DNA of 24,446 nucleotides from an uncultured Phycisphaeraceae bacterium (GTDB lineage: Bacteria; Planctomycetota; Phycisphaerae; UBA1845). Location of the stretch: positions 1 to 24,446 of the forward strand of contig CAZWWW010000003.1 of assembly GCA_964637715.1 (NCBI GenBank), read 5' to 3'. Numbering within the stretch: position 1 is the first letter of the stretch; every line of letters begins with the position of its first letter. This document shows, piece by piece, positions 16,774-24,446 of the stretch. A model generated the notes under the pieces. The model saw only the letters and a list, made by a program, of their open reading frames with translations, was not told the origin of the DNA and made no database searches. Made by a program: the position numbers and the translations under genes.

Positions 16774-17763
16774 CTACCGATCCCCAAAACCCTCAGGATG
16801 TGATTGGTGCCACGTCCATGCCGTTTGGATGATCTGCTCAATATCCGTGTATTCGGGTTTCCAACCCAGTTCCGTCTGAATCCCGGTGGGATCAGCGTAC
16901 AGTTCCGGGGGGTCGCCTAACCGACGCGACGCAGGCGCCGCGGGGATATCGTGGCCCGTAACGCTTCGCGATGCGTCGATCACCTGCTTGACGCTCGCGC
17001 CCTGACCCGTGCCCACGTTGTACGCGCGAAACGTAGCCGCGGGGTGACCCTCAACGGCGAGCCGGTGAACCGACGCCAGATCCTCGACGTGTACATAGTC
17101 GCGCACACACGACCCGTCGCTCGTGGGATAATCGACGCCAAAGACCTTGATCTCCTCCATTCGCCCCGCCGCGACTCGGAGCACGAGTGGAATAAGGTGC
17201 GTCTCGGGGTCATGGTCCTCCCCGATGTGCGCGTCCGCGGAGGCCCCGGCTGCGTTGAAATAACGGAGCGCCGTAGCCCCCAATCCCCACGCCGCGACGC
17301 AATCCTCGAGCACCCATTCGATGGCGAGCTTGGTGCGCCCGTAGGGGCTGATCGGTACCCGGGCCGCGTTTTCCGTGATCGGCACCGAGCTCGGTACGCC
17401 ATAGACGGCGCAGCTCGAGCTGAATACGAACGTTTTCACTTCGTGAACCCGGCACGCTTCGAGCAAACCGATGCTGTTGACAACGTTGTTGCGGTAGTAT
17501 TTGAGCGGGTCGCTGACGGATTCGCCCACCTCAGCCGACGCGGCGAAGTGCATCACCGCGTGAAAGTCCCCGTCTCCGAATACGCGGGTCAACAGGTGCG
17601 CATCGCCGACGTCGCCTTCAACAAGACGCGCCCGCTCATCCACGGCCGCACGATGACCCGTCGAAAGATTGTCGAGTACGGCCACGCCATGACCGGCTCC
17701 GCAGAGCGCACGAACGCAATGACTCCCGACATAACCCGCCCCGCCCGTAACCAGAATGTTCAT
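16774..17763 (-). CDS. galE: UDP-glucose 4-epimerase
   Basis: Rossmann motif MNILVTGGAGYVGSH and catalytic YxxxK (SPYGRTKLAIEW); length ~330 aa. The ORF is open to 17784, but MNILVTGG at 17763 matches the canonical GalE start. Confidence 0.85.
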   Translation of the reverse strand: MNILVTGGAGYVGSHCVRALCGAGHGVAVLDNLSTGHRAAVDERARLVEGDVGDAHLLTRVFGDGDFHAVMHFAASAEVGESVSDPLKYYRNNVVNSIGLLEACRVHEVKTFVFSSSCAVYGVPSSVPITENAARVPISPYGRTKLAIEWVLEDCVAAWGLGATALRYFNAAGASADAHIGEDHDPETHLIPLVLRVAAGRMEEIKVFGVDYPTSDGSCVRDYVHVEDLASVHRLAVEGHPAATFRAYNVGTGQGASVKQVIDASRSVTGHDIPAAPASRRLGDPPELYADPTGIQTELGWKPEYTDIEQIIQTAWTWHQSHPEGFGDR

Positions 17764-17770
17764 AGTGTGT

Positions 17771-18043
17771 CTACTCGACGACAATATCCGTCAACCGTGA
17801 GACGCTGATAACGACCGACCGCATCACCACCACCGCCCGACGGTTCACCGGCAGTTCTCCCTGGCATATATCGGCGACATAGGTCTCCTTGTTGGCATGT
17901 CCGTCACGGCAATCGTGCATGTCGGCGTCTTCAAGCACGAACGTATGGTCGGTGACCTCGGTCAGGCGACCTATGTAGACGATGGGCGTTCCGGTGTCGA
18001 GCACGACCGTGTCGCCGATCATTTGTTGTAATGCGTCGTGCAT
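17771..18043 (-). CDS. Small hypothetical protein (90 aa), possibly Sm/LSm-like β-barrel
   Basis: ORF immediately upstream of galE on the same strand. Alternating hydrophobic pattern GDTVVLDTGTPIVYIGRL...FVLEDA...RRAVVVMRSVVISVSRL is reminiscent of Sm folds. No strong SD seen. Confidence 0.4.
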   Translation of the reverse strand: MHDALQQMIGDTVVLDTGTPIVYIGRLTEVTDHTFVLEDADMHDCRDGHANKETYVADICQGELPVNRRAVVVMRSVVISVSRLTDIVVE

Positions 18044-18083
18044 GGTTGGTTTTGCTGATACTCCGGGGCAGCACCCCGCCTTT

Positions 18084-18223
18084 TAGTGCCGCGTCACAGC
18101 TGATGCTTAGGGTTCGTTGTGCGTGTCATGGGCAAACTTGTTTGCCCGTGACGGCCACCGGAACAACAGGACAAGCTGCTGCTTGCTCATGCTACCCAAG
18201 AAACAAGATGTGACAAAGCATTA
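18084..18223 (+). repeat. Structured ~140-nt repeat, copy 1a (family 1)
   Basis: ~80% identical to 19266..19405. Conserved central hairpin CATGGGCAAAC-TT-GTTTGCCCGTG (11-13 bp including one G·U pair if RNA). Terminal inverted GTCACA...TGTGAC. A partial extra fragment TCACAGTTGATG lies at ~18249. Confidence 0.7.
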
Positions 18224-18397
18224 GGCATCTTCAACAACCGTCAGCGTATCACAGTTGATGACAGCGTGGTAAGCTAACCGTGCGGTGGACAAACCGTATT
18301 AAACCCCAACTCGTTCGCGGCGCCCGGCCACAACCGCCCGCTAGGTCGCGCGCAGCGCCGACTTTACACCGCCCCCCTCCGCCTCGAACATGAGGGC

Positions 18398-19168
18398 ATG
18401 ATCGAAGCGGTCCTGTTCGATATCGGGGATGTGCTCATGCACTTTGAGACGTCACGGGCGCGGCGGTTTCTTGATGCCGCCGTGCGCCCGGTGTTCGACG
18501 GGTTGATCGAGCGGGGCCATCAACCACCGCCGTTTCGAACCTACGCCCGGCGCATCCGATGGTCGTTCGTTCGGGCGTTTATTCGATCGCGGATTGTTAG
18601 GCGAGAGGTGCCCACACTCGATGTGATGCGACGTGCCCACCAACGCATGGGTGTTTCGCTTTCCGCCGACGTGATGAATGAGCTTGCCATGCAGTGCATG
18701 CGCCCGTTCGAGCGGTTTTTCTCGACCAATCCGCAGGCGGTTCCCGTCGTGTCGCGGCTGCGTGATACGGGCTTCAAACTCGGCATCGTCTCGAATACGT
18801 TTTTCCCAGCATTCGCTATTGATGAGGTGCTCGAACGAGAGGGTCTGCTCGATCCGTTTCCCGTTCGCATCTATTCGTCCGACGTCGGGTTTATGAAGCC
18901 GCACCCGGGCATCTTTCGCGCGGCGCTGGATCGACTCGAGGTCGCACCGGAGCGAACCATGCACGTCGGTGATCTCATACGCAAAGACGTCCGGGGTGCG
19001 TCCCGCGTGGGCATACAGAGTGTGCTGATGCTACCAAAAGGGAAACGCCCATCCGGTCGGCCACAACCCGACTACGTGATTCATCAATTGACGGAATTGC
19101 TTTCACTGCCGGGCGTCAGGGAACGGGTCGGCACGTCGACACCTACGACCGTGCCCGCGCACCGCTAA
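18398..19168 (+). CDS. HAD-superfamily hydrolase (subfamily IA-like)
   Basis: Motif I LFDIGDVL, motif II IVSNT, motif III K in GFMKPHPGIF, motif IV HVGDLIRKD. GAGGG just upstream of the ATG. Confidence 0.7.
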   Translation: MIEAVLFDIGDVLMHFETSRARRFLDAAVRPVFDGLIERGHQPPPFRTYARRIRWSFVRAFIRSRIVRREVPTLDVMRRAHQRMGVSLSADVMNELAMQCMRPFERFFSTNPQAVPVVSRLRDTGFKLGIVSNTFFPAFAIDEVLEREGLLDPFPVRIYSSDVGFMKPHPGIFRAALDRLEVAPERTMHVGDLIRKDVRGASRVGIQSVLMLPKGKRPSGRPQPDYVIHQLTELLSLPGVRERVGTSTPTTVPAHR

Positions 19169-19265
19169 ATAGATGCTCACAAATGGGAAACCGAGCGATT
19201 TCACCTCGCCCTTGCGCCATAGGACACCCGTTTTCCTATTGGTTTCCCTATTGCGTGGAGTTATT

Positions 19266-19405
19266 TAGTGCACCGTCACAGCTTATTCTTAGAGTTCGTT
19301 GTGGGTGGCATGGGCAAACTTGTTTGCCCGTGACCGCCCCCCAGCAACACGGGCAAGCTGCTGCGTGCCCATGCCACCCCAAAAACAAGGTGTGACAAAG
19401 CACTA
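19266..19405 (+). repeat. Structured ~140-nt repeat, copy 1b (family 1)
   Basis: Same orientation as copy 1a. Identical core hairpin CATGGGCAAACTTGTTTGCCCGTG and ends TAGTGC...GTGACAAAGCA(C/T)TAG. Confidence 0.7.
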
Positions 19406-19629
19406 GCGTTAACGCACAGATTGTGTAGCGGCTGATCGCCCTCAACCTCCCCTTCGTGAAGGGTAGCGCGTGGGTCGGATCGTTACATGAAAACCGACTG
19501 TCCTGTGGCGTACAGCGGACGTGGGCGTTTGTCGGCTCATTGTTTGACAGGCAGCGCGCGGTATCCTGTTTCGCTTGTCGAATGAGGGTCGTCGAACCGC
19601 GAGGGGGCATAGGCGTAACGACAGCGATC

Positions 19630-20274
19630 ATGGATATCGATCTATCACCGGAACATCTCCTGTCCGCTTATGTATCCGGTGTGTTCCCGATGGCTGACGA
19701 TGAGGATGTCGTACGCTGGTTCGCCCCTGATCCACGGGCGATTATCGAACTCGACGCGTTCACCATGTCGCGCTCGCTTCGCGCGGTGGTGCGTCGCGGT
19801 ATCTTTGAGATTACCGTGAACCGCGCGTTCGAAGAGGTGATCGCCGCGTGCGCGGATCGACCCGACGGCACCTGGATTTCCGCGGAGATCGCAGACGCCT
19901 ATGTTCAACTGCACCGGCTCGGGTTCGCGCACAGTGTCGAGGCGCGGTGTGAGGGGAAACTGGTCGGCGGGTTGTATGGTGTGGCCATCGGGGCGGCGTT
20001 CTTCGGCGAGTCGATGTTTCACCGGGTGACGGACGCCTCCAAAGTCGCCCTTGCGGCGCTGGTGGGGCGCCTGCGAGATCGCGGCTTCAACTTGCTGGAC
20101 ATACAATTCATCACCGATCATCTGCGGCGGTTCGGCGCTGTGGAGATTCCCCGGTCCGACTACTTGCGGCGACTCCATCGTGCGGTTCAAGTATCTTGTG
20201 CATTCGACGACCGGATTGGTCCCACGGCGATTTCGGTTCAAAATGAACGTGACGACGCGACGACGTCTGATTAG
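19630..20274 (+). CDS. aat: Leucyl/phenylalanyl-tRNA--protein transferase
   Basis: Strong match to Aat along the whole length (LLSAYVSGVFPMADDEDVVRWFAPDPRAI...GKLVGGLYGVAIGAAFFGESMFHRVTDASKVAL). The six-frame ORF extends upstream to 19456 through repeat 1b. The ATG at 19630 (MDIDLSPEHLL) fits the family N-terminus. Confidence 0.88.
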   Translation: MDIDLSPEHLLSAYVSGVFPMADDEDVVRWFAPDPRAIIELDAFTMSRSLRAVVRRGIFEITVNRAFEEVIAACADRPDGTWISAEIADAYVQLHRLGFAHSVEARCEGKLVGGLYGVAIGAAFFGESMFHRVTDASKVALAALVGRLRDRGFNLLDIQFITDHLRRFGAVEIPRSDYLRRLHRAVQVSCAFDDRIGPTAISVQNERDDATTSD

Positions 20275-20282
20275 AGCGTTTA

Positions 20283-20392
20283 TCGTTTTCATGGGCCGGT
20301 TCTAGGACACGCGCACCGGCCTCGAGACCGGGAAGATCGCGCGGGCTGAAGCCCGCGGCTCGGAGCACAAAAACGGGAAATGCTCTAGAACA
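20283..20392 (-). repeat. ~110-nt structured repeat, copy 2a (family 2); inverted partner at 24247..24357
   Basis: The reverse complement of 24247-24357 aligns with 20283-20392: a shared TCGTTTTCATG end, a TCGAGACCGG block, and a near-identical hairpin CGCGGGCT-GAA-GCCCGCGGCTCGGA(G/A)CACAAAAACGG. Spurious ORFs 20111..20518(-) and 24066..24446(+) translate to related peptides, which confirms the repeat. Confidence 0.7.
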
Positions 20393-20441
20393 CGCACCAT
20401 CGGCATCGGACCGGGGCGTTGACCGGGAGGGTGTCGGTGTC

Positions 20442-22541
20442 ATGGGGTTGGCAGCCGGTGCGCAAGAGGGTTTGTCTGTAGTGCGGAAATCCACAAAACC
20501 ATCCCCCGTGGTTTTCACGGAGCAGCGACCGATGGATCAACCGGTGCGCGCTACGTCCGCCCAAGACGCAGAACACGCGTACACGGTCGCCGCATCGCCA
20601 GGCGCATCATCGTCACCTTTGCTCGTTGATCGGTCCGTACCGCCGGCTGGAAACGACCTGTTCCTGCGCAACATGCGTGCGCTGTGGCGGGTTGATCCGT
20701 GGTTGGCCCTGCGCGTCGACGCGGTTCGCGATGAGGATCGCCGGCCTGTGGAACCGGCGAAAAAAGGGGGATGGACGGTTCGGGCGGCGGTTCCCGACGG
20801 ACCCTCGCTGTACCTGCACAGCCGCTACGACCCGGTTGCCGAGGCACGCACCTTCGCCGAAGCAGTCACCATCGAAGACAAGTTCTGCTTCGTGGTGTCG
20901 GGGCTGGGTTTGGGTTATCACATATTGGCCTTGCACGAGCGATTGACCGGCGATGTGATTATCGTATGCGTTGAGCCCTCCATCCGTATGATCGCTACGG
21001 CGCTGACGCGCGTCGATCTCTCCGAGCTCATCGCGTCGCGTCGGTTTATTCTGCTCACCGACGATGACAAGGCCCGCCTGCATGACCGCCTTCAGGCGTA
21101 CAACACGCTCATTATGCTCGGGGCACAGTTTATCCAGCATGCGCCGTCGGTTCGGTTGGCCGCGTCCGAGCACGCCGCCGTGTCCCATGCGATCAGCGAA
21201 TTCGTCACCTACACGCGCATGACGCTCATGACCCTGGTGGCCAATTCGCAGATTACCTGCAAGAACATCGCCATGAACGCGGTAACCTATGTCTCGACCC
21301 CGCCGATCGACTTGCTGCGCAACCGTTTCTCCGGGGACCCGGCCATCATTGTCTCCGCCGGACCGTCGCTGCTCAAGAACATCGACCAACTCAAGGGACT
21401 GAAGGGGCGGGCGGTGTTGATCGCGGTTCAGACCGCGCTGCGACCGTTGATGCAGCGCGGGATCGTGCCGGACTTCGTGACCAGCCTCGACTTTCACGAA
21501 ATGTCGCGCAAGTTCTTCGAGGGCGTCGGTGACTTGTCGGACGTACATCTCGTCGCTGAACCCAAAGCGACTTGGCACGTGTTAGACAACTACCCCGGTC
21601 CGATCTCGCTGCTCGAGAACAGTTGGGCGCGGATGGTGCTGGGCGATGATCTCGCCGCCCGCGGCGGGCTCAAAGCCGGGGCGACCGTCGCGCACCTAGC
21701 GTTCTACCTGGCTGTTCATCTGGGGTGCGATCCGATCGTATTCGTCGGACAGGATCTTGCGTTTACCGGACATGTGTTCTACGTGCCCGGCGTGGAGATT
21801 CACCACGCCTGGCGCACGGAACTCAATCGGTTCAACACGATCGAACACAAGGAATGGGAACGCATCGTACGGAACCGGCCGATCCTGCGCAAGGTGAGCG
21901 ACGCCCAAGGCCGGAGTTTGTATACGGACGAACTGCTCTTTACCTATCTGGAGCAGTTCGAGACGGACGTCGCCGAGCTGCCCAATCGCGTGGTTGACGC
22001 TACGGAGGGTGGCGCGTGCATCCGCGGCACGGAAGCGATGAGTCTCGATCGCGTGGCGGCAGAGATATGCACGCGCGACATCGATCCGGAGCGCTTCGCC
22101 TACCGCCGTACGATGACCCGGCGGAACCCCGCCCGACTTCCCGCGGTGCGCGACGTGCTGACGCGCCGCATCGAACAACTGGACCGCGTGGTGACCACCT
22201 GCGATGAACTGCTGGAGGTGTTGGGCGAACTCGAAGGGCTGGCGGACGACGCGGATCGATTCAACAAACGCCTTTTGCGCGTGGATGAGCTTCGTGCGCG
22301 CATCGACAACGAACGCGACGCCTATCGCATCGTGAACGTCGCCACCCAACTGGCCGAGTTTCGGCGATTCTCAGCCGATAGGCGTCTGAGTACGACGACT
22401 CTGGACGACGCCGAGCGGGCGCGGCGGCAGATCAAACGAGACGTAGAGTTCATCACCGCGGTGCGCGACGGGGCGCTGACCGTCAAACCCATGCTCACTG
22501 CCTCCTGCGACCGCGTGGAGAAAGCGATCGAACGCTCATGA
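20442..22541 (+). CDS. DUF115 (MptE-like) / motility-accessory-factor (Maf)-like putative nonulosonic-acid glycosyltransferase
   Basis: 699 aa. N-terminal LFLRNMRALWRVDPWLALRV resembles the Maf N-terminus. Central IIVSAGPSLLKNIDQLKGLKGRAVLIAVQTALRPLMQRGIVPDFVTSLDFHE and FVGQDLAFTG match DUF115 core motifs as I recall them. GGGAGGG ~11 nt upstream of the ATG. Alternative start at the ATG at 20532. Confidence 0.65.
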   Translation: MGLAAGAQEGLSVVRKSTKPSPVVFTEQRPMDQPVRATSAQDAEHAYTVAASPGASSSPLLVDRSVPPAGNDLFLRNMRALWRVDPWLALRVDAVRDEDRRPVEPAKKGGWTVRAAVPDGPSLYLHSRYDPVAEARTFAEAVTIEDKFCFVVSGLGLGYHILALHERLTGDVIIVCVEPSIRMIATALTRVDLSELIASRRFILLTDDDKARLHDRLQAYNTLIMLGAQFIQHAPSVRLAASEHAAVSHAISEFVTYTRMTLMTLVANSQITCKNIAMNAVTYVSTPPIDLLRNRFSGDPAIIVSAGPSLLKNIDQLKGLKGRAVLIAVQTALRPLMQRGIVPDFVTSLDFHEMSRKFFEGVGDLSDVHLVAEPKATWHVLDNYPGPISLLENSWARMVLGDDLAARGGLKAGATVAHLAFYLAVHLGCDPIVFVGQDLAFTGHVFYVPGVEIHHAWRTELNRFNTIEHKEWERIVRNRPILRKVSDAQGRSLYTDELLFTYLEQFETDVAELPNRVVDATEGGACIRGTEAMSLDRVAAEICTRDIDPERFAYRRTMTRRNPARLPAVRDVLTRRIEQLDRVVTTCDELLEVLGELEGLADDADRFNKRLLRVDELRARIDNERDAYRIVNVATQLAEFRRFSADRRLSTTTLDDAERARRQIKRDVEFITAVRDGALTVKPMLTASCDRVEKAIERS

Positions 22542-24190
22542 GCGTTTCGGCTGTCATTCCCGCTGATCTTGACACCACGCCGCTGGGCACACGCAGTCGC
22601 CTGGCGGACGAGCTGTGCGGCGTGCCGGTGCTGCGCCGTACGGTTCAGCGCGTAACGCGGTGTGAGCAGATCGATGCCGTTATCGTGACCTGCCCGCCCG
22701 CTCAGCATGGGCGCTGCGCCGCGCTGCTCGCCGGACTACCGGTGCGCGTTCAGGCGGTCGACGCCGAAACGCCTCCGTGGCGCACCCTGGTTACTTCGGC
22801 CAGAAAATGGGCGCTGGATGGATGGCGCGGCGGTATCGGTGGAACGACCTGCTTCGACGAGTATGTGGACGCCCGGGTGCTGGCGGGGTTGCTTGGGGAG
22901 ATCGATGCCCGGGCGTTGTTCGTTGTCGCTCCCGGCGCGGTCGTGTTCGATTCCGATCTGGCGGACCGCATGATCGCCCACGGCCTGTCGACGCGTGAGG
23001 AGAGCAAACTCACCTTCGCCCAGACACCGCCGGGGTTGTCCGGGTTGCTGCTCAATGACGACATCGTCCGAGAGTTGGCCGAGCAATCCATTCCCATCGG
23101 CTGGGTGTTCAGCTATAAGCCTGACAGCCCCTTGAAGGACCTCGCGTTTCAGCCGTGCTGTTTCGAGGTCCCCCCGGAAGTTCGCTACGCCACGGGTCGG
23201 TTGATCGCCGATACCGACCGCACCGTAGCCCGACTGAAACGGTTGCTGAGCGCCTACAGCGACCCGGACGCCCGCACGACAGGTCGCTGGCTCATCGAGC
23301 GGGACGAAACGCACGTTGACGCACTGCCGCGCGAGATCGAACTGGAGCTAACCACCGACGACCCTTATCCCGAGAGCGTTCTTCGACCGCGCGGACCGAG
23401 ACTGGATCGATCAGGCCAAGCAGACGTTGAACTCGTCGAGCGGGTGATCGACGACTGGTGCCGGTTTGACGACACGTTGCTTGTTTTGGGCGGGTTCGGC
23501 GATCCGCTGCGGCATCCGGCCTTTGACCGTATTCTGGCCCTGGCGTCTCGCGGACTAAGCGATGGGACGCGGGGTTTGTGCGTGCGTACAACGGCGGTCG
23601 ATCTCGACGAGACGTGCATCGACACGATCATCGAACACCCGTTTGACGTGCTCAGTGTTGCGCTTGACGCCTGGACCGCTGAGCGCTATGCGTCGCTTCA
23701 GTCACCCGGCGCTACGGACCGATCCTTACTCGATGCCGTCGTCGGCCACCTTGATCGCTTGGCCGAACGGCGCATCGCACACCGCCACGTAACGCCCATT
23801 GTCGTGCCGGAGTTTACCAAAGCCGAACAAAACGTTGACGAGCTGGACGCGTTTCACGACGGGTGGCTCCGCAAGGTCGGTGCAGTCTGCATCACCGGTG
23901 CTGGTCATTACGCCGGACAATGTCCGAACCATGCCGTGATGAACATGGCTCCGCCTGCGCGAACGCCGTGTCGTCGGATCGTGTCGCGTTGCATGGTCCT
24001 CTGCGACGGGCGCGTCGTCGCCTGCGATCAGGACTTTCGTGGCTTGCACCCCCTTGGGAACTTGAATGAGCAACCACTTGAAACGATCTGGTCCGGTGAA
24101 TCGTTCATGCGAATGCGTAGCGCTCACCAAGCCCTGGATCTCAGCCCTTTTCCGTTGTGCGGTGCGTGCGACGAATGGCATAGACCGTAG
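22538..24190 (+). CDS. Fusion protein: N-terminal cytidylyltransferase-like (CMP-sugar synthetase fold) + radical-SAM-like half-barrel lacking CX3CX2C + SPASM/twitch-like Cys-rich C-terminus
   Basis: ATGA overlap with the upstream gene. N-terminus AVIPADLDTTPLGTRSRLADELCGVPVLRRTVQRV...IDAVIVTCP resembles KdsB/NeuA/SpsF-type nucleotidyltransferases. Mid-region LVLGGFGDPLRHPAFDRILAL resembles the radical SAM GGEPLLhP motif, but there is no CxxxCxxC anywhere. C-terminus CRRIVSRCMVLCDGRVVACDQ...PLCGACDEWH is SPASM-like. Confidence 0.6.
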   Translation: MSVSAVIPADLDTTPLGTRSRLADELCGVPVLRRTVQRVTRCEQIDAVIVTCPPAQHGRCAALLAGLPVRVQAVDAETPPWRTLVTSARKWALDGWRGGIGGTTCFDEYVDARVLAGLLGEIDARALFVVAPGAVVFDSDLADRMIAHGLSTREESKLTFAQTPPGLSGLLLNDDIVRELAEQSIPIGWVFSYKPDSPLKDLAFQPCCFEVPPEVRYATGRLIADTDRTVARLKRLLSAYSDPDARTTGRWLIERDETHVDALPREIELELTTDDPYPESVLRPRGPRLDRSGQADVELVERVIDDWCRFDDTLLVLGGFGDPLRHPAFDRILALASRGLSDGTRGLCVRTTAVDLDETCIDTIIEHPFDVLSVALDAWTAERYASLQSPGATDRSLLDAVVGHLDRLAERRIAHRHVTPIVVPEFTKAEQNVDELDAFHDGWLRKVGAVCITGAGHYAGQCPNHAVMNMAPPARTPCRRIVSRCMVLCDGRVVACDQDFRGLHPLGNLNEQPLETIWSGESFMRMRSAHQALDLSPFPLCGACDEWHRP

Positions 24191-24246
24191 GCACGCATGG
24201 CGACCACCGGACCGTCGCTTCCTCAATCAAGTGTTGACCGGCAGAA

Positions 24247-24357
24247 TACCTAACGCAGGTTCCGTTTTTGTGTTCCGAGCCGCGGGCTTGAGCCCGCGCG
24301 ATCGTACCGGTCTCGATGGCGGTTCAACCGCCAAAGACCCGGCACATGAAAACGAAA
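24247..24357 (+). repeat. ~110-nt structured repeat, copy 2b (family 2), inverted relative to 20283..20392
   Basis: See copy 2a. Hairpin CGCGGGCT-TGA-GCCCGCG. Begins ~57 nt after the stop of the 22538..24190 gene. Confidence 0.7.
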
Positions 24358-24389
24358 AACGCTCGCCATGCCGCAAGAACGGACCCGAT

Positions 24390-24446
24390 TGTCTACAGCA
24401 ATATCCGTTATTGTGTATCGCCGTATCGAGTCGATTCTCCGGATGA
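24390..24446. repeat. Inverted partial copy of the right end of the 13085..13345 element (family 3), truncated by the window end
   Basis: The reverse complement of 24390-24446 is TCATCCGGAGAATCGACTCGATACGGCGATACACAATAACGGATATTGCTGTAG. This matches 13289-13343 with one mismatch. It likely continues beyond the window. Confidence 0.65.

Noticed and set aside
18031-18213. 60-aa and 70-aa ORFs (18031..18213 and 19183..19395) with similar peptides (…SQLMLRVRCACHGQTCLPVTA… / …SQLILRVRCGWHGQTCLPVTA…)
   Set aside because: They coincide with the family-1 nucleotide repeats. Substitutions are mostly non-synonymous while a DNA palindrome is perfectly conserved, and no RBS is present. They are better explained as a non-coding structured element.
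24066-24446. 126-aa + ORF at the window end, and 135-aa - ORF 20111..20518, sharing a peptide (…RAAGxSPRD…PAHENxKRS…)
   Set aside because: Both are read across the family-2 inverted repeat copies. The similarity is a by-product of the nucleotide repeat, not a protein family.
1-24446. CRISPR arrays, transposase/integrase genes, rRNA/tRNA genes
   Set aside because: No regularly spaced short direct repeats. No ORF with DDE, tyrosine or serine recombinase motifs. No rRNA or tRNA-like conserved blocks were recognised.

Overview
High-GC (~62%), gene-dense chromosomal segment, probably from a Planctomycetota- or Verrucomicrobia-like bacterium, with frequent GTG/TTG starts and 4-nt start/stop overlaps. 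Content from start to end: an ABC-2 permease (- strand); a cluster of three SPFH/band-7 (HflK/HflC-like) paralogues, the first fused to a large N-terminal polytopic membrane domain, followed by an ABC ATPase and a second ABC-2 permease; a 659-aa hypothetical protein; an apparently orphan AmmeMemoRadiSam-type radical SAM enzyme (AmrS-like) divergent from a His-rich polytopic membrane protein; a - strand housekeeping operon rimO-pgsA-uppP; galE with a clean rho-independent terminator; a HAD-like hydrolase; aat (Leu/Phe-tRNA-protein transferase); and a two-gene module of a DUF115/Maf-like putative nonulosonate transferase plus a cytidylyltransferase fused to a radical-SAM-like/SPASM-like domain that lacks the canonical CX3CX2C motif. 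Intergenic regions contain three repeat families: (1) a ~140-nt structured element present as direct copies flanking the HAD gene; (2) a ~110-nt element present as inverted copies that exactly bracket the DUF115 + cytidylyltransferase-fusion pair; (3) a ~260-nt low-GC multi-stem element at 13.1-13.35 kb, whose right ~55 nt recur inverted at the window end. No rRNA, tRNA, CRISPR, transposase or integrase gene was recognised. All similarity statements are from recall of family motifs, not from database searches.
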